Part shown: positions 24,673 to 36,582 of the stretch, piece after piece | How positions within the stretch are numbered: position 1 is the stretch's first letter | Layout of the letters: each line of letters begins with the position of its first letter | Origin: Chrysemys picta bellii | Lineage: Eukaryota | Length of the DNA stretch: 64,000 nt | NCBI RefSeq assembly: GCF_011386835.1 | Contig: NC_088810.1 | Span: 23,312,001 to 23,376,000 of the forward strand | Direction of reading: 5' to 3' | The notes under the pieces: generated by a model | Database searches by the model: none | What the model was told of the DNA's origin: nothing | Seen by the model: only the letters and a program-made list of their open reading frames with translations | Program-made: the position numbers and the translations under genes

Positions 24673-25089
24673 ATGTCTTGCTCCAGCCTGTGCTATCCAG
24701 AATGCGGGGTGGCCCGACCCAGTCCAGTTTCTGGCAGCTGCAACGAGCCATGCGTTAGGCAGTGCCCTGACTCTGAAGTCATCATCAGACCATCACCGGT
24801 TGTCGTAACCATCCCAGGACCAATTCTCAGCACTTTCCCTCAGCAAAGTAGAGTGGGAGCAATAGGAGCACCTGTGGTTGGACCCGGCTACGGGGATCAT
24901 TCAGTTTGGGGGGACTGTACGGCTCTGGAAGCTGTTATGGAGGATTGTACAGTTATGGGAGCCTTTACGGTTATGGGGGATTGGGTGGTTACAGGGGGTG
25001 GTTATGGGGGATTAGGTCGTTATGGGGGATTATGTGATTACGGGGGATATGGCCATAGGTATCATGGTGGATACTGTGGGCCATGTTAA
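24673..25089 (+). CDS. Corneous beta-protein variant, 138 aa, with a 33-aa frameshifted internal segment; functionality uncertain
   Basis: Open frame from [12 protein letters not shown] to [11 protein letters not shown]. Core intact; about 24894-24996 is read in a shifted frame. TATA at 23434, weak donor GTACGA at 23492, acceptor at 24650-24651. Confidence 0.7.
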   Translation: MSCSSLCYPECGVARPSPVSGSCNEPCVRQCPDSEVIIRPSPVVVTIPGPILSTFPQQSRVGAIGAPVVGPGYGDHSVWGDCTALEAVMEDCTVMGAFTVMGDWVVTGGGYGGLGRYGGLCDYGGYGHRYHGGYCGPC

Positions 25090-25171
25090 TCTGAACAGGA
25101 ATATCCATGGAATAAAGGAGAATAGGCCCTACATGTTCTGTCCTTTCCACCAATATGTACCTTAAGCATCT

Positions 25172-25659
25172 TGTGACAAACTGGGACTGTTCTTAATGTG
25201 GTCTTTGAATGCTGAGTGGGGAGTGTTGGCCTGGGAAGGCAGGGGAATTTGGCTAGGATGGTCTGCATTGGGGGATGGGAGACTGGCCTTGAGGAAGGAT
25301 GCCTGAGCATGTAACCTGAGAACCCAGGAAGGGGTTAGAGGCCAGGTGACACCTTTGCCTGGGAAACTGAACAAAGGCTGGGGTAGGAGATGCTGGGGAG
25401 AGTGAGAGTTTCAGGAGCTGGCTGGTGTAAAGGAGGGGAACCCAGATGGGACTCTGACCGCCCAATGGGGCTGTGGTGCCTCTGGGACCCCAAGATGGAC
25501 CTAATTTGGGGGGTCCTGTTGTCTGTGCCTGCAAGACCTGTCTTGGACTGTGTTCCTGTCATCTAAATAAACCTTCTGCTTTACTGGCTGGCTGAGAGTC
25601 ATAGTGAATCGCAGGAACCCGGGGGTCTAGGGCCTTGTGTCCCCCCACACTCCGTGACA
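25172..25659 (+). mobile_element. Solo LTR (488 bp, probably Gypsy-type) in the CBP 3' UTR
   Basis: TGTGACA...CGTGACA termini, 5-bp TSD CATCT, AATAAA at 25566-25571. Empty site AAGCATCTCACTTT at about 9028. Confidence 0.85.
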
Positions 25660-26274
25660 CATCTCACTTTGAATTTTGCTACAACTGATATATAATGGAG
25701 AAGCTGCATAGTTCTCTGCCTTTGTTATGCTTTTTTTAATTTCCAACGAACTGGGACTTAAAATGGTTCTGCTCTTGTATTATTTCTTCCTGTAACTGTG
25801 TACTGCAAATTTCATTCGCATTAAAAACTATAATGCTTCATAATAGCAGTCTTCTGGTTCTCCTTGTTCCTCCCTTCTTGTTTAAAAATCATGGCAGATG
25901 AAATTCATTCCTGTGGAGAAGGCAGCACAAGGCACATCTCAAGTTACAACTTTGAAAGCCATGGAGTGAATCCAGCCCTTGAAGTGGTCTATAGCATTAT
26001 GGAAGCCCTCCACACAGAGCAGGAGTTGTTTCTTGCATTACCCGGTTTAGCAAAAAGTATTTTCCTGAAAAGATTTATACAGATTGTCACTTTAAGAATG
26101 TACAATTTCCTTTGGTTTCAAGAAGAACGATCAGATGGTTCATGGTTCATAACAGGGTTAAAAAAATACTAGATAAATTCATGGAGGATCGGTCCATCAA
26201 TGGGTATGAGCCAGGATGGACAGGCATGGTGTCCCTAGCCTCTGTTTGCCAGAAGCTGGGAATGAGTCACAGGG

Positions 26275-27163
26275 TGTCATAACTATAAAGGGAAGGGTAA
26301 CAGCCCTCCTGTGTACAATACTATAAAATCCCTCCTGGCCAGAAACACCAAAATCCTTTTACCTGTAAAGGGTTAAGAAGCTCAGGTAACCTGGCTGTCA
26401 CCTGACCCAAAGGACCAATAAGGGGAAAGATACTTTCAAATCTTGGTGGGGGGAAGGCTTTTGTTTGTGTGCTCTTTGTTTTGGGGGTTATTCGCTCTTG
26501 GGACTAAGAGGGACCAGACATCAATCCATGCTCTCCAAATCTTTCTGAACAAGTCTCTCATATTTCAAACTTGTAAGTAACATCCAGGCAAGGTGTGTTA
26601 GTTTTATCTTTGTTCCCTCAACTTGTAAATGTTCCTTTTGCTAGAGGGTTTACCTCTGTTTTCTGTAACTTTAAACCTAAGGCTAGAGGGGGTTCCTCTG
26701 GGCTCTTTGAATCTGATTACCCTGTAAAGTTATTTTCCATCCTGATTTTACAGAGATAATTTTAACCTTTCTTTCTTTAATTAAAAGCCTTCTTTTTAAG
26801 AATCTAATTGATTTTTCCTTATTTTAAAATCCAAGGGGGTTGGATCTGGACTCACCAGAAATTGGTGGGGGGTGGGGAAAGGAGGGGGAATGGTTAATTT
26901 CTCCTTGTTTTAAGATCCAAGGGTTTGGATTGGTGTTCACCAGGAAATTGGTGGAGAAGTCTCTCACGGCTACCCAGGGAAGGGTTATAGTACGTGGGAG
27001 GGAGATATTCTGGGGGGAGGTAGACAGAGTTTCCCAAATAACTCATAAATAATTTGGGTGGTGGCAGCAAAACAAAATCTAAGCCGGTAGTTAAGCTTAG
27101 AGGTTCTCATGCAGGTCCTCACATCTGTACCCTAGAGTTCAGAGTGGGGAAGGAGCCTTGACA
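26275..27163. mobile_element. Solo LTR (889 bp)
   Basis: TGTCATAAC...CTTGACA termini with a 5-bp TSD CAGGG (26270-26274 and 27164-27168). Confidence 0.85.
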
Positions 27164-27227
27164 CAGGGGATGGATCACTCGGTGATTCCCTGTTCTGTTC
27201 ATTCACTCTGGGGCACCTGGCACTGGC

Positions 27228-27530
27228 CAGGGCCAGCTCCAGCTTTTTGGCTGCCCCAAGCGGCAGAAAAAAAAAAGAAAAGAAAAAGCCGATCGGTGGC
27301 ACTTTGGTGGCAGCTCAATCGCGCTGCTTCAGTCTTTGGCGGCAGCAATTCGGAGGTGGGTCCTTTGCTCCCTCTCTTCCTCTTCGGCAGCACTTCAGCA
27401 ACAGCTCAAAGAGGAGGAGAGGGACCTGGACTTGCCGGACATGCTGCCCCAATCACGAACGCACTGCCGCCCCTTTCCATTGGCCGCCCCAGGCACCTGC
27501 TTCCTTCGCTGGTGCCTGGAGCCGGCCCTG
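27228..27530. mobile_element. hAT-type MITE (303 bp)
   Basis: TIRs CAGGGCCAGCTCC and GGAGCCGGCCCTG. 8-bp TSD GCACTGGC / TCACTGGC (7 of 8 match). Confidence 0.85.
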
Positions 27531-29791
27531 TCACTGGCCACCGTCGGAAGAAAGGATACTGGGCTAGACAGACCTTTAGTCTGACCCAGTAGGGCCATTC
27601 TTACGTTTTTATGGTAAGCATCTGTGTGAGTCATTGCATGATAACAGCCCAGTTTTTCATAATGAAAAGAAAATTGGCCAGAAAATTGCTTGGTTAATAC
27701 AGGGTTGACTCTTGCCCCACCCCCTGGAATGGGTAAAGGAACTTTCAAGATAGGCTGCCTTCGCTTCTAAACCACTTTGAAAGTTCAGCTGTTCACTAGA
27801 AAGCTCTTCTCAACCTAACTCCACAAGTAACCTCACTGTTCTATGGAGCTTGCCTTCCTCAGGCTCTCGGCGTTTGAGCTGTAATCATTCATACAGACAA
27901 ACACTGGGAAAATTTTATTAACCTGGCCATTTGAGATAGGTGCATTATCTTTAGGCCTTTGACCAAACAAGTCCCTGTTTCCATCGCTATCGCTACTCCA
28001 GGTGAAAAGGATGAATGTTCAAAGCAATGTATCTCTGGCATGTCAATTTGCGATCATTTTGAATAATAAACTCTCAAACAGAAACTCTGCTGAAACTTAA
28101 TTATGGAGTCAGCAGCCCTCTTTCAGAATAATTCTCCCTTTTCCAGGACATTCATCTCTTTTCCTCTGCTGGGACCTCCAGTGACATGCTCTACTTAGCA
28201 TCCATCTAGAAAGCAGTCTTTTATAACAACCTATTTGGGGTGTAACCAAGTCTGCTTCTTGACACCAAATCTGCACTCACGTTGCCATGCTGGAGCTGAG
28301 CTGACAAGATCTAAAGCAATGGGCAAAGGGGCAGAAATAGTTCAGCTTCATATTGAGATTTTGAATTTCAGTGCTCCATTAAAACTCAATTAAATTCATC
28401 TTCTTCTCATTCTTGGCCTTGATGTGTTCATCAGCTGGACAGCAGCGATCTCCACTCCTCGGTAAAATGGCTAGACCAATAGTTGATTTCATAGGGATGT
28501 TGCAAACACGCCTGAGAGAGTCCATTTTGCTTATATAAACAAATTAGACTAAAGACATCTGGAGCAGTTAGAAATCTCATGTGTGATATGAATTAATGCA
28601 CAGACCATTAATTCAGTATAAGAATCTAATGGTTTTCGAGGTAGCGGCTGCTCAGTGCATTCCACAGTGCCACTCTTAGATAATGTCCGCTGGATGTATC
28701 AATACATTATTCTTCCAAATTTTTGTGGCTCTCAGTTATCAGAAGATGAACATTTTCCACTAATCAAATTTTTGATTTGATGACACAAAAGGAAAAATTA
28801 TCCAGATCATCCTGGCTCTTCAAGAACATTCCATAATACTCACATAGTGAGGGGAGATTTAGCCATCTGGCAACAGGTTTTATTGAAGAGCAATACAACC
28901 CTACTCTTCAATATCAGACCACAATGATGGACTCCTCCTTGGAATGGAAGAACACAGGCATTGCTCCAGCAGATCAGGTGATTGGTCTTTTTGAAATCGA
29001 AGGAAATATTTACATTCTTAAATTGAAAATATGTGTAAGTGTTAGCAGTAAAAGACTTTTTGCTAAACAGATAATGCAAGGAAGAACTCCACCCCTGTGC
29101 AGAGGGCCTCCATAATGCTATGAACCACTTAAAGTGCTTTATTCTCCTATCACTCTATGCCTTCAGAAGTTGCGACTTGAGAAGTGCCTGGTGCTGCCTG
29201 CTCGAAAGGGATGAATTTCATCCAGCACAATTTTTAAACAAGGAGGGAGGAACAAGGAAATCCAGAAGACTAATATTATAATGCAGCATAGATTTTAATG
29301 AGAATGACATTTGCAATACACAGTTACAGAAAGAAATAAAACAGAGCAGAAAGGAGGTATTTCAAGTATTTCCAGACGGGCTGCAATCACCCGCTTCCTT
29401 GGGATGCATTTGAGGCAAGATGTTCTTTTTCCTTTGCTGCAGGTACAGAGTTGGACAAACAAATTAAAGTGATAATAAATACAACTGATGCCTGTCTTAA
29501 GGCCCCAGTTTCCTTCACACTGCGGGGTTAGTGCAAACAGCTTGAGTGCAATTCAGAATGAGTCCACATGTGACTAGGAGAATAAGCGCGTGGTTGGGAA
29601 AGCATTGGAGAAAGAGTTTATAAGCATAACATTAGCAGTCAGTCTATGAGACAAAGGGGCTGAAAAGACATAGTTTGCATTGAATTCAAGTGGAGCCATG
29701 CCTGCCCAGCACTTCTGAAATCTCTGTCTGAATCTCTAGCTTGTTGTTCATTTCCTGGTCTTTTCTTTTACCATTGATATTCCTGCAGGGT

Positions 29792-30388
29792 TTAACATGG
29801 TGTACAGCTTCCACTCAGGTACCTATGGCAAGATACCCCGGAACCGCATGCTCCCCCGTAACCGTAACCTCCCCCGTAACCTCCTCCGTAACCGCACAGT
29901 CCACCATAACGGCCCCCATAACCACTCAGTCCCCCGTAACCATAATGGCCCCCGTAACCACACAATCCCCCATAACCTCCCCCATAACCACTCAATCCCC
30001 CGTAACCATAATGGCCCCCGTAACCACACAATCCCCCATAACCTCCCCCATAACCACTCAATCCCCCATAACCATAATGGCCCCCGTAACCACCTAATCC
30101 CCCATAACCATACAATCCTCCGTAATGGCCTCCATAGCCATTCAATCCCCCCAAACCGAATGAGCCCCCGTAGCCTGCTCCGACCACAGGTGCTCCAACG
30201 GCTCCCACTTCACTCTGCTGAGGGAAATTGCTGAGAATTGGTCCTGGGATGGTTACAACAACCGGTGATGGTGTGATGATGACTTCAGAGTCAGGGCACT
30301 GCCTAACGCACGGCTCGTTGCAGCTGCCAGAAACTGGACTGGGTCGGGCCACCCCGCATTCTGGATAGCACAGGCTGGAGCAAGACAT
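29792..30388 (-). CDS. Corneous beta-protein (beta-keratin), 198 aa, [13 protein letters not shown]-tail subfamily
   Basis: ATG at 30388. Core and tail intact, with an extra 22-aa tail repeat. Acceptor at 30410-30411, donor at 31374-31379, TATA at 31441-31447. Confidence 0.95.
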   Translation of the reverse strand: MSCSSLCYPECGVARPSPVSGSCNEPCVRQCPDSEVIITPSPVVVTIPGPILSNFPQQSEVGAVGAPVVGAGYGGSFGLGGLNGYGGHYGGLYGYGGLGGYGGHYGYGGLSGYGGGYGGLCGYGGHYGYGGLSGYGGGYGGLCGYGGHYGYGGLSGYGGRYGGLCGYGGGYGGGYGYGGACGSGVSCHRYLSGSCTPC

Positions 30389-31373
30389 CTTTCTGTGATG
30401 GAGGTAAACCTGAAACACACAACAGGGAATAGAGTAAAGAAAAGGTACAAGTGTCACTGGAAAAAAGGATTCAAACCTCAGTTACTATAGTAGTGAGGTC
30501 TACGTGGGGCCCGAGAGAGAGAGGAGGAGTGCACTTAGACCCTATATTTGTGGCTATGTTTTTGTTCCTATTTCCTATTTCTATGCCTTTTATCCACTCC
30601 CACTAAACTTTACCTCCCAATTGTCCCCTTTGAAACCTTTTTTAATTTGAAGGATACCTGGTATGCTGTGTCCATTATAGACATTTCTCAAAGAGAACAT
30701 GGCTGGGATAATGCTGATCTTTTCCTTTCCTTTGAGGATTCAACCTCTGCATGCAAACCCGTTGAGTCCAGTGTCAGAGTGTGGCTCTTTGGTTTTCTAA
30801 ACCTTGGGAGTCACCAATACTTGCTAATGAAGGAACAGAAATTTTTCCTTTCTCCAAATAAATCACTAAGGACAAGGTCCTCAGACCTTGTATTCTGGTA
30901 AAATGGCTTCCATGGAGCGAGAATAAATTACACCATCTGAGGAAAGGCATCTTTAATGGGTATTTCTGTTCATAAGAATGTAGGAATTGCTAGACTGGCT
31001 CATGGCTCCAATAGTGAGGAGTAACAACTACTTCAGAATAAAGAAGACCCCTGAATTGCCTATTTATGGATGAAGGTGGCAAAGTTTCTTCCTAATCTAT
31101 CCAAGCTAAAAATGGCTAAGGACTTTCTTATGTTACTTTAAAGATTTAAATACCCTAATTCTATATTCAGTTAATAGGAAATATGTTTCCCGATTGAATA
31201 TGGTGCTCCTAAAAATCCCCAACTTTGGCTTCAAATAACTACACAAGATAATTATGGAACAACACTGTCATTCCTGATAAAAATCACAGAGATAACATGC
31301 AAGATTGAGTCTTAAATGAAAATGGACCCTACTGTGCTAGCTCTTGGGTTAGAAAGAGAGTGAGTTGAATTGG

Positions 31374-31509
31374 ACTTACCCAGTTCACCGAGGGGATGAA
31401 GTCCAAAGAAGCCTTTAGAAGAGACCTGAGCCATGAATTCTTTTATACAGTTTCTAGGACTGCCTGGAGGATTTGTGATGCTTCTCTTACAGGATGTCCC
31501 AATTAGTTA
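31374..31509 (-). promoter_or_regulatory. CBP promoter module
   Basis: TAACTAATTGG at 31509, TATA at 31441-31447, donor at 31374-31379. Confidence 0.8.
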
Positions 31510-34500
31510 CCAAACAAACTTGATTGCCTCGCTAAATCCTCCTTTTGAACATGCTGTTTTCTCAGGGTTTGGGATTATTGGGATAATCCTAATAATGCAT
31601 GTTGCAGTCTGCATTCGTTGTGTCATTCCACTGACTTTCTTGGTGGTGGAATGAGAATGCATGTCAAGGTGATTCAGGACTGCATCAGTAGCACAACTGG
31701 CTGTCATGAGCAGATATCCCCTTTCAGTTCATACAGGTCATTGTTAGGGGCACTGGACATTTCGTTATAAACTTGCTAGGAAGCAGAGAGCTATTTTTCT
31801 GCATTCTCACGACCTCCATCCCCATCTCAGATCCAATTCCCTTTGTAATCAATCGGAAATATTTCATTGCCTTCAGTCTCAAATTCACCCTTTGGCAGGG
31901 GGATAGAACAATTCCTATGGAAAACTTTAGTTCTACTTTAAACTTTCAACCTACATCTTAGCAAGGACTTAAGTATAGTATGAGCCTTTCTGATGACCCT
32001 CTGCCCAGGAGTGAATTTCACTCTACAGTGATTAAAATTTGACCTAGCATTGGACCTCCACTTGTGTCACCAATGCTGTCTCAAAGGGATGCCTAGAATT
32101 GATTTACTTATGGATCAAGGGAAGGGACGGTAGGGAGTGAAAGGAAGCAGTGCTCTTCTATAGAAAGGTTTTGAGTTAAACTGTGGAACTTGTACTCCCT
32201 CAGAAACCGTCTCTCTGTGACTGAGCTGACAAGAAACTGAGGTCTTGCAAGATAATGCAGCTGACTAAGCCTGGAAGAAGCCCAGGAGAGGTTGAAATCA
32301 TGGATTCTTGGTAAAGGAGGAGAGTGCTGTGGGATGAGATATATTCCAGGCTAGCTTAGAGAGAATCTTGTGTGGAGTGCATCTATCTGAGCATACTCGG
32401 CACTTTCACCACAACTGCTCAGATGCAATGTACAGTGAAGTCAATGGGAAACATCAGCTACTGCATCTCCGTTCATGAGCATCCAAGGGAACTGGATCCT
32501 GTAAGAGAATTCAGCTTGTAAAGAAAAGGAAGAAGTACAAAACAGACGGAGTTGAGGAGTCCTTCTTCAGTGGTCAACTTTCTGTGAGAGGAGATTGGAT
32601 TAATTCCAAGTCTGACCAACCTGGGGCATTCTGCAGAAAGCTCTTCAGCAGTCATTGTAATGTTCTGTAAAGTACGAAATACACCCCCAATGCCATTTCT
32701 TCTAACCTCAGATGTGTCAATGCCTTCCCTCAATTGACGTGTATGGAATTGTGCTGATGTACCCTGGCTCAGCATCTGCCCCTTAAGGTTTACAAAGGAA
32801 TGTTTCTTAAAGAAAGGGAAATGAAAAGCACACTGAGGTGAAGGATACATTGGGAGCATATGGCAGAGTCTGAAATAAATCCCAATAATAGGCAACATGC
32901 TCACCGTGGCTTCTCTGTTATGCTGGACAGTTACCATTTTAGGCTTCCAAATATCCCATTGCAGCATCAGTGAAGTCGGTTGAATTCAATATGGAGAGTT
33001 TTATTCCTCTACAAGACATGAACAAGCTTGAAATGTACCCTCTTTGGACAATTATTATCCTCATGTATAAAGAAGGCTATGTTAAAGAGACGACTTACCC
33101 TGTACCTCATTTCACAAATCTGAAAGAATTCATTACCATTGGGTCACTTTGACCCGTGAGAGAGATGTGTTTCCAAGGACAGAAAAAGTAGCACACACGC
33201 TCAGTTGGCGACTTCGTCCCAATGGGTGACATGCCTTAAAGCAAGTTTTTGAAGCTTGAATTATACATTGGGATTTACAATGTTATCATATGCATGGAAA
33301 AGAAATTAACCGACTTGTAATTCCTTTGGAGAAATATTGTAATAATGTATAAAGGAGATACAGGTAAAGTGGACCAAAATTAGCCAGGTTTTTTATCGTT
33401 GATGCTTAGATCCAAGGATGCACACATTCTTTAACAAGACATATTGCAAACCTTATCTTCTAAAAGAGTGTAGCAGGGATGAAGCACGTGCTTAGCCTGT
33501 GGTGGGAGGAGTCAGAAGTATTGGGTTGTATTTCTGTTTCTGCAGCTCACACCCGTGCAACCTTCACCTCAATGAGCTTCTTTTTTCTATACTTATAAAA
33601 CTGGGATAGTAAGGATGTTAAGACTGGAAATTGTTCAGCGTTCTTAGAACTCAAGATATCAAAGCATCTGAGAACACTCATTGGTGTTTCATAAATGCTT
33701 TTGTATTCTCAGAATATTATTAAATCATTTTGGGATTAGATGCCTCTGCATTGACTAATAGAATCACATAAAAAACTAGAGGTCAAGATCTCTCATCTCA
33801 TTCTTTTAATAAGGACATGATTTAAAGCCACAGCATTTGGGGATGTTTCATTTTCATTCTAATGTAATTTTGCATTTGGTATTTTTAAATTATTTTTATA
33901 GGAAAAGGAAGGTGTTCTCTTGGTGTAAATCATCACAGTTACTTCAACTTCAAAGTGATTCAGGGCCTGAAAATCAAAGGAAGATATTTCTGCCTTCTTC
34001 TCCGGATACAGAAGGCACTCCTGGAGATACAGTTTAGGCTTAAAACACCATTCCAGTTCTTGCAGGATTGTTTTCTGCAACATGGCCTATAGCTGGTCAG
34101 ATTTTATGTCATATCTCATCCCACAGCACTCTCCTCCTTTACCAAGACTCCATGATTTCAACCTCTCCTGGGCTTCTTCCAGGTTTCGTCAGCTGCATTA
34201 TCTTGCAAGACCTCAGTTTCTTGTCAGCTCAGTCACAGAGAGACGGTTTCTGAGGGAGTACAACTTTCACAGCTTAACTCAAAACCTTTCTGTAGAAGAG
34301 CACTGCTTCCTTTCACTCCTTACCGTCGCTTCCCTTGACCCTTAAGTAAATCAACTCTAGGCATCCCTCTGAGACAGCATTGGTGACACAAGTGGAGGTC
34401 CAATGCTAGGTCAGATTTGAATAACTGTAGAGTGAAATTCACTCCCAGGCAGAGGGTCATCACAAAGGCTCGTACTATACTTAAGTCCTTGCTAAGATGT

Positions 34501-35102
34501 AGTTTGAAAATTTAAAGTAGAACTAAAGTTTTCCATAGGTATTGTTCTATCCCCCTGCCAAAGGGTGAATTTGAGACTCAAGGCCATTGGATCTGAGATA
34601 GGGATGGAGGTTGTGAGAATGCAGAAATATAGATCTTCTTTGGACTTCATCCCCTTGGTGAACTAGGTAAGTCCGATTCCATTCACTCTCTTTCTAACCC
34701 AAAGGCTGTCACAGTAGGGTCCATTTTTCATTTAAGACTCAATCTTGCACATTCTCTCTGTGATTTTTAACAGGGAATAGGGTGTTCTTCCATAATTATC
34801 TTGTGTCGTTATTTGAAGCCAAAGTTGGGGATTTTAGGAGCACCATATGCAACCGGGAAACATATTTCCTATTAACTGAATATAGAATTAGGGCATTTAA
34901 TTCTTTAAAGTAACATTAGAAAGTCCCTTTGCCATTTTTAGCTTGGATAGATTAGGAAGAAACTTTGCCACCTTCGTCCATAAATGGGCAATTCAGGGGT
35001 TTTCTTTATTCTGAAGTAGCTGTTACTCCTCACTATTGGAGCCAGGAGAATTATTAAGGTGACAACTGGTGTGATCCAGTCTAGCAATTCCTACATTCTT
35101 AT

Positions 35103-35590
35103 TGTGGAAGCAGAGAAAAGAACTGAGAGAAGGGAACTGCAATGCATGACGGTTCTTAACAAGAGTCAGGCTTCGTTAGCAAGAGACAGTCTTTGTTAGC
35201 AAGAGTCAAGCTAGCTGTGACCCTGATAACCCTGATAACGCGAGATTTATAGAAGTGAGGAATGTGTGAGGAGGGTGAGGAAGAACTGTGTAATAAGTCA
35301 TCATGACCTGGTATGTATAGATATGGTGTAGGAGACCTTGTAAAGATAAGGTATAGAAAATATTGCATGTTGGCAGGAGTCAAAACAATTGAGAGATGTG
35401 ATGTCAAAGAGACAAAATGCAGCTGTCTGTCCCTCATTATTTCTGTGAATGAAAGGTATAAAGGCTTGCATGTAATTAGTTGCCAGGGAGAGACCTGCTT
35501 AGCTCTCTCCTCTGCACATTGTGAGAGTTAATAAAGCTTCTGACTTGCTGTACCTAAACAAAAGAGTGAGAACTCAGTTTTTCTCCGACA
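35103..35590 (+). mobile_element. Solo LTR (488 bp, ERV- or Gypsy-like) in the intron of the 36212 pseudogene
   Basis: TGTGG...CGACA termini, 4-bp TSD TTAT, TATAAA at 35457, AATAAA at 35530. Empty site CATTCTTATGAAC at about 54911. Confidence 0.85.
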
Positions 35591-36211
35591 TTATGAAGAG
35601 AAATACCCATTGAAGATGCTTTTCCTCAGATGGCATAATTTATTGTTGCTCCATGGAAGCCATTTTACCAGAGTACAAGGTCTGAGGATCTTGTCCTTAA
35701 TGATTTATTTGGAGAAAGGAAAAGTTTCTGTTCCTTCATTAGCAAGTATTGGTGACTCCCAAGGTTTAGAAAACCAAAGAGCCACACTCTGACACTGGAC
35801 ACAACGGGTTTGCATGCAGAGGTTGAATCCTCAAAGGAAAGGAAAAGATCAGCATTATCCCAGCCATGTTCTCTTTGAGAAATGTCTATAATGGACACAG
35901 CATACCAGGTATCCTTCAAAGAAATAATGACACTTATTCCAGGTGGTGACAGGTCATTCAGAGGGTTTCAAAGGGGACAATTGGGAGGTAGGTTTGGTGG
36001 GATTGGATAAGAGGCAAAGAAAAAGGAAATAGGAACAAAAACATAGCCACAAATATAGGGTCTAAGTCCTCTCCTCCTCTCTCTCTCGGGTCCCACCTAG
36101 ACCTCACTATTATAGTAACTGAGGTTTGAGTTCTTTCTTCCACTGTCATTGGTACCTTTTCTTTACTCTAGTCCCTGTTGTGTGTTTCAGGTTTATCTCC
36201 ATCACAGAAAT

Positions 36212-36582
36212 ATGTCTTGTTCCAGCCGGTGCTATCCAGAATGCGGGGTGGCCCGTACCAGTCCAGTTTCCGGCAGCTGCAACGAGCTGTGTGTTAGGCA
36301 GTGTCCTGACTCTGAAGTCATCATCAGACCATCACCGGTTGTCGTAACCATCCCAGGACAAATTCTTAGCAATTTCCCTTATGGAGGCCATTACGGAAGA
36401 TTGTATGGTTATGGGGGATTAGGTGGTTACGGGGGCCATTATGGTTACGGGGGATTGTGTGGTTACGGGGGCCGTTATGGTTACGGGGGATTGAGTGGTT
36501 ACGGGGGCCATTATGGTGGACTGTGTGATTAGGGGGGAAGTTACGGTTACGGGGGAGCATGCGGTTCTAAGGTATCTTGCCA
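36212..36582 (+). pseudogene. Damaged CBP copy: internal in-frame deletion, premature TAG at 36532, 3' truncation, TATA region deleted
   Basis: Translation NFP|YGGHYGR lacks the QQSEVG...GGLY segment. Homology ends at GGTATCTTGCCA (36582). About 380 bp including the TATA box is missing at about 34635 relative to 54078-54456. Confidence 0.85.

Larger units (their letters stand above)
26121..27612 (+). mobile_element. 5'-truncated CR1-like LINE 3' fragment carrying two nested insertions
   Basis: Pieces 26146-26274, 27164-27227 and 27531-27607 join into a CR1-like 3' end (GATAAATTCATGGAGG...GGCCATTCTTACG). The paralog at about 9292 (TTTCA|TGGTAAGC) lacks it. Family name is from recognition. Confidence 0.7.
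30200..36400. repeat. Inverted repeat P2: arms about 30200-32353 and 34098-36400, spacer about 1.75 kb
   Basis: For example 32001-32330 is the reverse complement of 34120-34460. Holds head-to-head CBP copies 29792(-) and 36212(+). Outer limits approximate. Confidence 0.8.
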
